Positions 19,597-29,063 are shown, numbered from the stretch's first letter. The stretch: DNA of 64,000 nucleotides from Archaeoglobus sp. JdFR-37 (GCA_002010215.1 MTMY01000004.1:1-64000); one strand, 5' to 3'. Numbers and translations: made by a program. Notes: generated by a model from the letters alone, not told the origin.

Positions 19597-21105
19597 TCAC
19601 TCATGATACCATCTCACAACTCCTTCCAGTGAGAGCTTCTTCAGCTCCATTGGTCCGATGCCGAGGTATCTCGCGAAGATTTCGCCGTTGTCCAGTCCAA
19701 GTGGTCTGCCCACCCACTTTATTCTTGCAGGTGTGCGGTGCTGGTGTGCGAGTGGTGAGTTAGACACCAATACTCTTCCATAGTGCTCATCATACACCTC
19801 GGTAACATGCCTTCTGTAGATGAAGTGCTCGTATTCAGCAATTTCATCTATGAACAGCACGGGAGCAGCTGCAACCTCTCTTGAAACCATCTTCCTCTCG
19901 CCCTCAGCCCTGGTGTTATGTGCCAGCCACTGGGCAGTGATTGTGTAAGTCTTGATAAGACCCTCCAGAGCGTTTCTTGCAGCCATTTCCTTCAGGAAGG
20001 GGTCCTCAGCTATGAGTCTTGCACCCTCCGGGTCCTCCTGAGCAATAACCTGCAATATCCTGTACCAAAGCCTATCAGTCTGACCACCAATCATCAGATA
20101 ACCATCTTTACACGGATTCCAAGCATACTGGTTCAGGTTGGGATCCCAGCCTCCAGTTCTCGCTTTAATACTTCCATCAAAACCATACCAAGCTACATTG
20201 AAATCACAGATATCCATATAACATTCAGCTGCGGTAGCTTCAATAAACTGCCCTCTGTTGCTCACATTCTCTCTATAATAGAGGGCGGCAAGAACAGCAA
20301 TTGTACCGTGAACACCTGCAACAAGATCTCCAACTGCTTCACCTGACCTTGTCGGGTTACCTCCGTGCTCCCTTGGTAGCAGATCCGCAGGATAACCAGT
20401 TGAATGCACAAACTCGCTGCAGGATATACCAACGGGATCGAGCATCCACTGTCCGTATTTCGATGTCCTATCTTTCATCGAACCCCACTGGCCAAGCTGT
20501 CCAAACCATACATAGATTATCCTTGGATTTATCTTGCTGAGCTGTCTATAGCCAATACCCCACTCATCAAAAGTACCGGGCGGATAGTTCTCAAGAACTA
20601 TATCAGCCTGGGCGGCCAATCTCTTGAAAAGTTCTCTCCCCTTCTCAGTTTCAAGGTTCAGAGTTATAGAATACTTGTTCCTGTGCTCATGAATAAATGT
20701 GGGACTTACCTTCTCACCAGTGTATATGTCCTCAAATGCATACTCCTCTCTGCCAAAAGGATACAGATACCTTTGCGGGTCACCATCGAGTGGTTCTACC
20801 TTTATAACAGTTGCACCGAGTTCTGCTAGATATGAGCCACATATAGCTCCTGCATATCCCCAAATGGTGCAATCCAGAACAATTAGACCATCAAGAGCCC
20901 ATGGTTTTCCGGTTGCTTTTTCCCAGCTTACGTTCTCCTCAATGAAAGCGCCGTATGTTCCCTCAGGGTCTCTGGGATCCTTTACCCAAGGGGCGTACAG
21001 CTCCTCTTTGGTTCTTGGTTTGGTTATCGGCCATGGTCGGGGCAGTAGAGTGTCGCTGACGTCATTAATTTCTATTTCAATCGTCTTTCCGTTCTCCTCT
21101 CCCAT
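19597..21105 (-). CDS. class III (CaiB/BaiF) CoA-transferase, subunit 1
   Basis: ALDGLIVLD, LGATVIKVEP..GDP.R, RNKYSITLNL, ADIVLENYPPG, PTRSGEAVGD (catalytic Asp position); AGGAGGAGG RBS. Confidence 0.92.
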   Translation of the reverse strand: MGEENGKTIEIEINDVSDTLLPRPWPITKPRTKEELYAPWVKDPRDPEGTYGAFIEENVSWEKATGKPWALDGLIVLDCTIWGYAGAICGSYLAELGATVIKVEPLDGDPQRYLYPFGREEYAFEDIYTGEKVSPTFIHEHRNKYSITLNLETEKGRELFKRLAAQADIVLENYPPGTFDEWGIGYRQLSKINPRIIYVWFGQLGQWGSMKDRTSKYGQWMLDPVGISCSEFVHSTGYPADLLPREHGGNPTRSGEAVGDLVAGVHGTIAVLAALYYRENVSNRGQFIEATAAECYMDICDFNVAWYGFDGSIKARTGGWDPNLNQYAWNPCKDGYLMIGGQTDRLWYRILQVIAQEDPEGARLIAEDPFLKEMAARNALEGLIKTYTITAQWLAHNTRAEGERKMVSREVAAAPVLFIDEIAEYEHFIYRRHVTEVYDEHYGRVLVSNSPLAHQHRTPARIKWVGRPLGLDNGEIFARYLGIGPMELKKLSLEGVVRWYHE

Positions 21106-21146
21106 CTTACCTCCTCCTTTTTACACGATAGATAGTGACAATTCAG

Positions 21147-21207
21147 GTATAAAACCTTAACGGTTTGAATTCAAAGGAAAAAGAGTGGGTGTAAGGCTTC
21201 AACCGTT
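21147..21207 (-). promoter_or_regulatory. TATA box of the CoA-transferase operon with adjacent palindrome and inverted repeat
   Basis: Minus-strand TTTTATAC (21147-21154); perfect palindrome TTTGAATTCAAA (21164-21175); imperfect IR AACGGTTTGAA (21159) / TTCAACCGTT (21198). Confidence 0.55.
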
Positions 21208-21226
21208 TCAGATTTACATATATATC

Positions 21227-22291
21227 TCATAGACCAGCTTTTTTGATTAATCTAAATTCAGGGATTTTCTTGGCTTCATCAATCTTCCCCTGTTCGAGTA
21301 ATGCTGCTACAAGAGCAGTCCTAGTGATTTTGCTTTCTTTAAGTGATAGGGATTTTCTGAACAGTTCTTCTGCAAGCTCGAACTTCTCGCCTTTCATAGC
21401 TGCCATTCCTGCAAGATAAAAGGTTTCAGCGTCCTCAGGGAGCTGATTAAATATTTCCAGAGCTTCATCAACCCTGCCAGTGTCGGCAAGCAGTGAAGCA
21501 TAGAACTTTCTAGCTGCGATGTCTTCAGGTTCAAACTCAATGTGCTTCTCCAGAGCAAACAACGCCTCTTCAACCATGCCAAGTCTGATAGCCTCTTTGG
21601 CAGCCTCAGTAAGTGGGTAATCTGGAGTGAGGAAGCTTATGGCTTTCAGATAAGCTCTTTCCACTATCTCATTATTCCTGTTCAGCCCAGGATATGTATG
21701 GCCTGGCAAGATTAGCTCCACTTTTCTCTCTCTGACGTATCTCAGCGAAATTATGAAATCGATGAGCCTTCCGCCAAGGGTATCATCAATCACAGGTTTG
21801 GCTGATACTGCATCTCCTGAGAAGAGAGTTAAAGACTCAGTATGGAGGAGAGATAAACTGTCAATAGTATGGCCTGGGGTTTTAAGGACTTCAAATTCCT
21901 CTCCAGCCATTCTTATTTTCTCTCCACCCACCAGTTTATTTATCCGTACATCTCTCTTGAAGTACTCGATCCCTTTTTGAAGTTGTGAGGAAAAAGCCTC
22001 GTGAACATAGACGTCCACATCATCAAATTCAGGATACGTCTGTAGAAGTTCCATCAAGCCTAAGCTATGGTCGTTGTGGGCATGTGTCAGAAAAACCGCT
22101 GAAATGTCGTCTGGTTTATAAAAATCGAAAAGCTCGGGAAAAGCAGTATAATCATTACCAGTATCAACCAGAGCTATTTCATCTACCCCTTCAATCACAT
22201 AAATATTACTGGAGCTTTCGTAACCCTCTAAAAAAAGAATTTTAGAAAGAAAACCCTCATTCCCCAGCTTAAGCCATGCGTTGAAGGTCAT
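21227..22291 (-). CDS. MBL-fold metallo-hydrolase fused to C-terminal TPR repeats
   Basis: THAHNDH, TPGHT, FSGD, LPGH; C-terminal helical repeats (A..LADTGRVDEALE..., YLAGMAA...FELAEELFRKSL). Confidence 0.85.
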   Translation of the reverse strand: MTFNAWLKLGNEGFLSKILFLEGYESSSNIYVIEGVDEIALVDTGNDYTAFPELFDFYKPDDISAVFLTHAHNDHSLGLMELLQTYPEFDDVDVYVHEAFSSQLQKGIEYFKRDVRINKLVGGEKIRMAGEEFEVLKTPGHTIDSLSLLHTESLTLFSGDAVSAKPVIDDTLGGRLIDFIISLRYVRERKVELILPGHTYPGLNRNNEIVERAYLKAISFLTPDYPLTEAAKEAIRLGMVEEALFALEKHIEFEPEDIAARKFYASLLADTGRVDEALEIFNQLPEDAETFYLAGMAAMKGEKFELAEELFRKSLSLKESKITRTALVAALLEQGKIDEAKKIPEFRLIKKAGL

Positions 22292-22297
22292 TTAAGG

Positions 22298-22732
22298 TCA
22301 TTCTACGTATGCGAGAGTGTACCTCAGCTTCAGCTTGTCCTCGGGCCAGATCTTCCTCTCCTTAACCTCTCCTGGATACACTTCTTTCTCCTGCCCATCC
22401 TGCACCACAGCTTTCACCGTCATTTCAAGGAAATGCCAAGCAGTCAGCTTATATTTTGCTATAAAATCATGATCCACAACTACTGCCATTCCAGTGAATT
22501 GTGAAGTTGTCCATTCAAAATCCTCGTTTGGCTCAGCTACTACCTCACCAGTAGCCCCGGCATATATTTTCTCCACTGTCCCCTTAACCTTATCACCGGG
22601 CTTCAAGTTGTAATCCTTGTATAGCTCCTTAGGCAGATAGAACCAGAGAGCCTCCTCATTTTTGGCCCTTACGTATCCCCTTACCAGCATAGGGTCGTAT
22701 CCGCAGAGCACTACTCTCATTTTCTCAGGCAT
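22298..22732 (-). CDS. hypothetical protein with possible tandem AbrB/SpoVT-like repeats
   Basis: WFYLPKELYKDYNLKPGDKVKGTV and a weaker second copy AVVVDHDFIAKYKLTAWHFLEMTV. Confidence 0.6.
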   Translation of the reverse strand: MPEKMRVVLCGYDPMLVRGYVRAKNEEALWFYLPKELYKDYNLKPGDKVKGTVEKIYAGATGEVVAEPNEDFEWTTSQFTGMAVVVDHDFIAKYKLTAWHFLEMTVKAVVQDGQEKEVYPGEVKERKIWPEDKLKLRYTLAYVE

Positions 22733-22832
22733 GGAAATTCACCATTATTAATCATTGTTTATCAGTATTTAATTTTTTCCCTTTTTGTTGTGACAGATGG
22801 CTTTATTTATCACGAACAACATTAAAAATTTT

Positions 22833-23165
22833 ATGGAATTTATCTTCGAGATCGGGGACAGAAAAGTAACTGCAAGAAGTCTCGAAATCGGAAAGGATTA
22901 TGGAGTCTTTACAATCTTTCTTGAGATGCCTGAAGTGCAACACACCGGATATGTTATGAAAAAAGGCGAGAAAACTCTCGCTAAAGGCGAGGTTGCCAGA
23001 AAAATAAGAGAGATTGGGATAGAAGGACTGGAGATGGCTTCTGCAGCTCCCCATGATACAAATGCCATCGTTCTAATTCGTCTCTCAGGAACAAAATTTG
23101 AGGAGAGACTCAAAAAGATTTCTGAGATAATTTATGAAGCTCTAAGAGAGGAAGGGCTGATATGA
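22833..23165 (+). CDS. hypothetical protein
   Basis: Intact ORF, ATG 22833 preferred; 4-nt overlap with the thioesterase gene. Confidence 0.7.
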   Translation: MEFIFEIGDRKVTARSLEIGKDYGVFTIFLEMPEVQHTGYVMKKGEKTLAKGEVARKIREIGIEGLEMASAAPHDTNAIVLIRLSGTKFEERLKKISEIIYEALREEGLI

Positions 23166-23545
23166 AGTATTCAAGAAGGGTCAGATTTGGTGAAACAGAC
23201 CCCTTTAACGTTGTTTATTTTACCTCATACTTCCACTATTTTAAAGAAGCTCTTGATGAATTCCTTCGCTCAAAAGGTTTTGAACCTGAACTTTTCTACA
23301 AAAACTCTGATGAAGGGTATGCATTTCCGATAGTCAGAGCGGAAGCAGATTTTGTGGCTAAGGCCAGCTATGATGATGTTGTTGATATTGATGTGACTGT
23401 TGAGAATATCGGAGAGAGAAGCGTAACATTCAGCTTTAAAAGCAATTTTGTCGTGGGCAGAATAGTTTGTGCGTGCATCGACAGAAACTGGAAAAGCTTA
23501 AAAATCCCAGAGAAAATTAGAAATAAGCTTATGGAGCAATTGTAA
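23162..23545 (+). CDS. acyl-CoA thioesterase (4HBT/YbgC hot-dog family)
   Basis: VRFGETDPFNVVYFTSYFHYF, FPIVRAEADF...YDD, IPEKIR. Confidence 0.9.
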   Translation: MKYSRRVRFGETDPFNVVYFTSYFHYFKEALDEFLRSKGFEPELFYKNSDEGYAFPIVRAEADFVAKASYDDVVDIDVTVENIGERSVTFSFKSNFVVGRIVCACIDRNWKSLKIPEKIRNKLMEQL

Positions 23546-23603
23546 CGATAAATTGCGAAAGACTTATAATCAAATTTTTGGTTTCTTCCTATTGGTGATG
23601 TAG

Positions 23604-25271
23604 ATGGACATTATGAAATATGTAGTACCCAAGGAGACATGGCCCGAAATCGTGATTCCAGACGAGGTGAGAGACTACATAGGAGACAGAAAGGAAATCA
23701 ATCTGGCTGAGGAAATTCTAGATAGAAACATTGAGGAAGGAAGAGGAAGGAAAGTTGCAATATACTTTGAGGATCGCCGTGTTACATTCAGAGACCTCTA
23801 TAGGCTAAGCAATAAGGTTGCAAACCTGCTGATAAACCTTGGCATCGAGAGATACGATAGAGTCGGCTTCAGAATGAGGAACATGCCTGAAGCTATTGCA
23901 GTAAACTTCGGCATAATGAAAGCTGGAGCCATCCCAGTCCCGCTGAACCCCATGTGGGCCAAGAAAGAGATAGTGCATGTTGCCAACAATGCCGAAGCAA
24001 AAGCAATCTTCGTCAGCGGCGATGATAAAACCTTCGGTGCGGTGAAAGAAGCTGTTCCTGAACTTGAAACGGTCCAGAAAGTCATTGTCACAGACAGGGA
24101 TGATGTGGAGGACCCATTCGTGCCTTTCAGCGAAGTTTACAATCAGAGTGGTAGCTTTGAACCAGTACCACTTGAGATTGGCACCCCAGGTGTGATTCTG
24201 TACACTTCGGGAACTACCGGCCTGCCAAAGGGCTGTGTCCACTTCGTTGAGAATGTTCTGGCAGCAGTATACCTAGTTGGCAAATATGTTTGGAAGCTCA
24301 CACCAGATGACGTGATTGGTGGACCAGCACCAGTCAGCTTTGCCATGGGTTATGGAAATGGCTGCCTCATTCCATACTTCCATGGCGCAGCGGCGAGCAT
24401 ATGGCCAGCTTTCAGCTTCGATAACTTCTTCCGCTTCATTGAGGAGCATGGCATAACTGTGTTCAGCTCTCTCCCAACTGCTTATAGAATGATCCTTGCA
24501 AATCCAAAACTCCAAGAGTACAAGGAGAAATACGACCTCTCCTCCCTCCGCCTCTGTACAGGAGGTGGCGAGGCACTTGGAGCTGAGACTGCAAAGAGAT
24601 GGAAGGAAGAGTTCGGAATGGATATCTACGAATCCCTTGGAGCCACAGAGATGGTCCACATCTGTGTCTCAAACACCTGTGCTCCCCAGCCGGTTGCAGG
24701 AAGCATTGGCTGGCCGGTTCCTGGCTACATAGCCAGAATAATTGACCCCGAGACTGGCAACGAGTGCCAGCCAGGTGAAGTTGGTAGCCTCTTCATCAAA
24801 GGACCAACTGGAATAAGGTACTGGAACCACCCCACAAGACCGTTGGATGAGAAACAGAAGGAGAGCGTCAAGGATGGCTGGAATGTGCTGGGAGACTTCG
24901 TTAGGAGAGACGAGAACGGCTACGTTTACTTTGTGTCAAGAGACGACGACCTTATCAAGTCAAGCGGTTATAGGATTGGGCCGGATGAAATTGAGCAGCC
25001 CCTCAGCCAGCACCCGGCTGTTGCTGAGTGTGCAGTTATCGGTGTGCCTGATCCTGAGGGCATCAGAGGGCAGATAGTCAAGGCCATAGTGAGACTGAAG
25101 GAGGGGTACGAGGCGAGTGAGGAGCTCAAACAGGACGTGCTGAAGTTCTTGGAGCAGCACATCGCCAAATACAAGCTACCAAGGGTTATAGAGTTTACAA
25201 CCGAACCTCTGCCAAGGACCGCTACCGGAAAGCTACTGAGAAGATTTCTCAGAGAGAAGGAGAAACAATAA
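23604..25271 (+). CDS. AMP-forming acyl-CoA ligase, 2-aminobenzoate/benzoate-CoA ligase-like
   Basis: YTSGTTGLPKGCVH, GATEM.HI, GD, RDDDLIKSSGYRIGP.EIE, LPRTATGKL; N-terminal P.E.WPE...NLA.E.LD typical of the anthranilate-CoA ligase group. Confidence 0.85.
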   Translation: MDIMKYVVPKETWPEIVIPDEVRDYIGDRKEINLAEEILDRNIEEGRGRKVAIYFEDRRVTFRDLYRLSNKVANLLINLGIERYDRVGFRMRNMPEAIAVNFGIMKAGAIPVPLNPMWAKKEIVHVANNAEAKAIFVSGDDKTFGAVKEAVPELETVQKVIVTDRDDVEDPFVPFSEVYNQSGSFEPVPLEIGTPGVILYTSGTTGLPKGCVHFVENVLAAVYLVGKYVWKLTPDDVIGGPAPVSFAMGYGNGCLIPYFHGAAASIWPAFSFDNFFRFIEEHGITVFSSLPTAYRMILANPKLQEYKEKYDLSSLRLCTGGGEALGAETAKRWKEEFGMDIYESLGATEMVHICVSNTCAPQPVAGSIGWPVPGYIARIIDPETGNECQPGEVGSLFIKGPTGIRYWNHPTRPLDEKQKESVKDGWNVLGDFVRRDENGYVYFVSRDDDLIKSSGYRIGPDEIEQPLSQHPAVAECAVIGVPDPEGIRGQIVKAIVRLKEGYEASEELKQDVLKFLEQHIAKYKLPRVIEFTTEPLPRTATGKLLRRFLREKEKQ

Positions 25272-25306
25272 ATCTCCAATTTTTTATTTTTGTTTATACC
25301 TTTGCT

Positions 25307-26011
25307 ATGCTCTGTATCATCTGCCATGAAAAAATTGGAGATTTTTCTAGTCATTTTTCAGAACATGCCGGTGTTACGGCTGAAGAAATAACTGGATACT
25401 TCACAAAACTGTGCAAACCTTATCAGGTTGAAATTGGAGAAGTTACAGCAACAGACCTGAAAACCATACGCTTCTCTCCTGAAAATGCACTCATTTTAAT
25501 GGCATATGGAAGAGAACTTTACAATATCAGCTGGCAGCTTTGCTGTAAATGGCTGGCAGAGCACGAGAAGAGTCACATCAGGTTGAGGGAGCTTTATTCT
25601 CCTCCAATATCAAATCCAGGCGTAATTTCTTGTGTAGAAGATTACTACATCGAAAATTTCATGATGTCTTCAGAATTTCCCGAGTTTCCCGAATTCAGGG
25701 AAATTTGCAGAATAAGTGCCGAAATGTCTTTGAAGATAAGGGCCATTGCACCAATGCCAGATGCTGCGCTGCTGAACATCGAAATTAACGCTCGTCACTT
25801 CTTGAGCCTAGCAACATGGCTGGCCCTCAAAGTGCTGGATGTAAGTCAACTTGAGCTGAGAAATTTCGAGCTGGCTTTTGTAATCAGAGCTGCAGAAATA
25901 ATGAGAGAGATAGAGAGGGTGGAACAACTCAGAAACGGCATCATGAGAATCAACAGCCTTCATCAGACCTTCTTCAGATTCTATAGATACCTCGAAGACC
26001 TTCACCCCTGA
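25307..26011 (+). CDS. hypothetical protein with C2H2-like Zn finger and HExxH motif
   Basis: CIIC-x9-HFSEH at the N-terminus; HEKSH followed by VEDYYI. Confidence 0.55.
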   Translation: MLCIICHEKIGDFSSHFSEHAGVTAEEITGYFTKLCKPYQVEIGEVTATDLKTIRFSPENALILMAYGRELYNISWQLCCKWLAEHEKSHIRLRELYSPPISNPGVISCVEDYYIENFMMSSEFPEFPEFREICRISAEMSLKIRAIAPMPDAALLNIEINARHFLSLATWLALKVLDVSQLELRNFELAFVIRAAEIMREIERVEQLRNGIMRINSLHQTFFRFYRYLEDLHP

Positions 26012-26403
26012 AAGACTGTTACAGTCGCACCATCCTTGACTTTCCGAAGAACGGTTGCATCTCCCTTCACTTTTCCCACAACATTCACCGGGCTTGCTGG
26101 TTTCGGCCTATCATCTTCACTTATCGGCGTGGGGCCGAAGAATATGCATAATGCCTTTCCTGGCGGCCAATAAGCCACATCACCCACTTCCACTTTGGAA
26201 GTAGTATTTTCCGGTCCGACCTCAACGGGGATAGTAAAGTAGATCTCATCACCCCATCTGTTTACCCTGCTCTCCACTGGCAGAGCGTCCAGTATCGCCT
26301 TCACAGTTTCTGGATTTCTTGCAAAATTCAATTCAATCACCAGTTTTCCAACCTCTTCAACCTCCACCAGAATCTCGGCCTCATCACTTGCCATGTGGCT
26401 CAC
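26002..26403 (-). CDS. cyclophilin-like fold protein (DUF369/TM1367 family)
   Basis: RWGDEIYF, GDVAYWPPGKALCIFFGPTP, PASPVNVVG. Confidence 0.9.
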   Translation of the reverse strand: MSHMASDEAEILVEVEEVGKLVIELNFARNPETVKAILDALPVESRVNRWGDEIYFTIPVEVGPENTTSKVEVGDVAYWPPGKALCIFFGPTPISEDDRPKPASPVNVVGKVKGDATVLRKVKDGATVTVFQG

Positions 26404-26497
26404 TTCATCGCAATCCCTCTTAACATTTTTTGCAACCTAGATTTTTAAAGCTCAAGTTTAAGCCCAAGTTTATATACACATTAAGAGAAGGCTTTCA

Positions 26498-27310
26498 GTG
26501 ATTCCAATGATTTCAATCGCCATACCCTCATCCTCCTTGATAAACGAAAAGGATGAAAAGCTGAAGGCATACAAGGTTGGGCTAATAGCCAGAGCCGCAG
26601 TTATCTTCAGAGTCGAAAAAATTTACATCTATCGCGATCCGCTCCTGGACGAGTCGGACTACATTAAGGACATACTAGAGTACCTAGAAACTCCCCAGTA
26701 CCTCAGAAAGTCCCTGATACCCATCAAAGACAGTCTGAAGTACGCTGGCATACTTCCTCCCCTCCGCATAGCATCTCACAGGCCGAAACATTTAAAAATC
26801 GGTGAAGTGAGGGATGGGGTCGTAAGAAAGGTTGGTCCTGACGGCACCGCGTGGGTGGACATCGGCGTAAAAGCCCTGGCGCTTCTTCGTGGTGCCAAAG
26901 AAGCCACGAAGAGTGCCCGCGTGACCGTCAGGGTCTGTTCGACGAACCCGTTGGTGGTAGAGGAAGCAGAACCCCCAGAATATTGGGGATATAAAGTGGA
27001 GAAAGTGGAGCTGAGAGACGTCCTTAATGAGGACGCTGTAATAACCTCCCGCCTTGGAAGAGTGCCAAGCTGGGAGGAGATAAAGGAGATAGCGGGGAGG
27101 CAAAAAATTACCCTGATATTCGGAAGCCCTGAAGAGGGTGTCCAGAGCATAACCAGAAGACTTGGAATCGAAATAGATGCAGAGGTTCGGAACATAGTAT
27201 GGAACATGATCCCCATGCAGGGTGTCGCAACGGTAAGACTGGAAGAGGCTGTATATGCATCACTGGCGATAATAAATTTCGTAAAATGTAGTGTAGGTGG
27301 TATGAAATGA
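26498..27310 (+). CDS. SPOUT RNA methyltransferase (DUF171 family)
   Basis: G.IARAA.IFRV, YLETPQYLRK, FGSPEEG, P.QG.ATVRLEEA; usual position upstream of rpl3. Confidence 0.9.
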   Translation: MIPMISIAIPSSSLINEKDEKLKAYKVGLIARAAVIFRVEKIYIYRDPLLDESDYIKDILEYLETPQYLRKSLIPIKDSLKYAGILPPLRIASHRPKHLKIGEVRDGVVRKVGPDGTAWVDIGVKALALLRGAKEATKSARVTVRVCSTNPLVVEEAEPPEYWGYKVEKVELRDVLNEDAVITSRLGRVPSWEEIKEIAGRQKITLIFGSPEEGVQSITRRLGIEIDAEVRNIVWNMIPMQGVATVRLEEAVYASLAIINFVKCSVGGMK

Positions 27311-28302
27311 AAGAGCACAGGCCAAGAAGGGGCTCGTTAGGCTTTTCGCCGAGAAAGAGAGCCAGCAGTATCGTTCCAAGGATAAGGGCTTGGCCCGTAT
27401 ACGAGGGAGAGCCAAAGCTACTGGGCTTTGCCGGTTATAAGGCCGGTATGACCCATGTGGTTATGGTGGATGATAGGAAGAACTCACCAACATATGGTGA
27501 GGAAGTAGTTACGCCTGTTACGGTTATAGAAACTCCCCCGCTGAAGGTAGCGGGCGTAAGAGTTTACACGAGAACAGCTTATGGATTGCAAATAGCTGGA
27601 GAGGTGTGGAGCACTGATCTTGATGCTTTCCTCTCAAGGCGCATGCAGCTCCCCAAGAAGGGAGGTGATCCAGAGAAACTCAAGGAGATCGAGGATATTG
27701 CCGAAGTCAGGGTCATAACTTATACCCAGCCCTACAGGATGGGTGGTGTGCCTAAGAAGGTGCCAGATGTCATGGAGTACAAGGTTGGGGGTAGCGATAT
27801 AAGCGCTGTTCTCGATTACGCCATAGGGAAGCTGGGTAAGGAGGTAAAGATCAGCGAGGTATTTGGTGAGGGGCAGCTGATTGATGTTCTGGCCATAACA
27901 AAGGGCAAGGGTTTCCAAGGACCAGTTAAGAGGTGGGGAGTCATAACACTCAACGCCAAGCATGCAAGAAGCAGCAAGCATCGAAGAGTTGGTACCCTAG
28001 GCCCGTGGAATCCGCACCACGTGAGGTGGACTGTTCCTCAGGCTGGACAGATGGGGTTCCACCAGCGCACAGAGTACAACAAACGCATATTGAAAATCGG
28101 TGAGAACGGTGAGGAAGTAACACCTGCTGGCGGTTTCGTCCATTACGGAGTAATCAGGAATGAGTACGTTCTTGTCTCTGGAAGTGTTCCGGGAAGCATA
28201 AAGAGGCTTGTCAGAATGAGAGATGCCATAAGACCACCTGATGCAGCGTTTGAAGGTGTCAATGTGCTTTATGTCAGCACGAGTTCCAAACAGGGTAGGT
28301 GA
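27307..28302 (+). CDS. rpl3: 50S ribosomal protein L3 (uL3)
   Basis: HRPRRGSLGFSPRKRA, GYKAGMTH, GQMGFHQRTEYNK. Confidence 0.98.
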   Translation: MKEHRPRRGSLGFSPRKRASSIVPRIRAWPVYEGEPKLLGFAGYKAGMTHVVMVDDRKNSPTYGEEVVTPVTVIETPPLKVAGVRVYTRTAYGLQIAGEVWSTDLDAFLSRRMQLPKKGGDPEKLKEIEDIAEVRVITYTQPYRMGGVPKKVPDVMEYKVGGSDISAVLDYAIGKLGKEVKISEVFGEGQLIDVLAITKGKGFQGPVKRWGVITLNAKHARSSKHRRVGTLGPWNPHHVRWTVPQAGQMGFHQRTEYNKRILKIGENGEEVTPAGGFVHYGVIRNEYVLVSGSVPGSIKRLVRMRDAIRPPDAAFEGVNVLYVSTSSKQGR

Positions 28303-28307
28303 TGTTG

Positions 28308-29063
28308 ATGAAAGCTAACGTTCTCTCTCTAAACGGTGAAGTTGTTGAGGAAATCGAGTTGCCGGAGGTATTTGAAACTGAATTCCGACCAGATATAATA
28401 AGAAAGGCTGTTCATGCTATCCAGAGCCACAGAAGGCAGCCCTATGGCCCTAATCCTCTGTCAGGAACGAACTATGCTGCCGAGAACTGGGGACCTGGCT
28501 ACGGCCTTGCAAGGGTGCCTCGCCTGAAGACAGCCAACAGGGCTGCAAAGGTTCCTCAGGCTGTGAAGGGCAGAAGAGCTCATCCTCCGAAGGTGCAGAA
28601 AGTCTGGGATGAGAAAGTCAACAAGAAGGAGAAAAGGAAAGCATTGATGTCTGCTATTGCGGCAACCGCTGTTGAGGAGCTCGTCAAAGAGAGAAGTCAT
28701 GTGTTCGAGGGTGCACTTCCAAAGATTGTGGTGGATGACTTCCAGAGCCTCAAAAAGACCAAAGAGGTTATCGACGTTTTCAAGGCAATTGGTGTTTATG
28801 CTGACGTTGAGAGGGCTAGAGACCGTATTAGATACAGAGCAGGCAAGGGCAAGATGAGGGGGAGGCGCTACATAAAGAAGAAGAGTGTTCTTGTGGTTGT
28901 TGGAGAGGATGGCGGGATTTTGAATGCTGCAAGAAATCTGCCGGGAGTTGATGTCGTTCTCGTGAAAGATCTGAATGTTGAGCTGCTCGCTCCAGGTGCT
29001 AAAGCAGGAAGGCTGGCAGTCTTCACCAAATCCGCCATTGACTATTTGGAGGGGTGGTTATGA
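28308..29063 (+). CDS. rpl4: 50S ribosomal protein L4 (uL4)
   Basis: [24 protein letters not shown]. Confidence 0.97.
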   Translation: MKANVLSLNGEVVEEIELPEVFETEFRPDIIRKAVHAIQSHRRQPYGPNPLSGTNYAAENWGPGYGLARVPRLKTANRAAKVPQAVKGRRAHPPKVQKVWDEKVNKKEKRKALMSAIAATAVEELVKERSHVFEGALPKIVVDDFQSLKKTKEVIDVFKAIGVYADVERARDRIRYRAGKGKMRGRRYIKKKSVLVVVGEDGGILNAARNLPGVDVVLVKDLNVELLAPGAKAGRLAVFTKSAIDYLEGWL

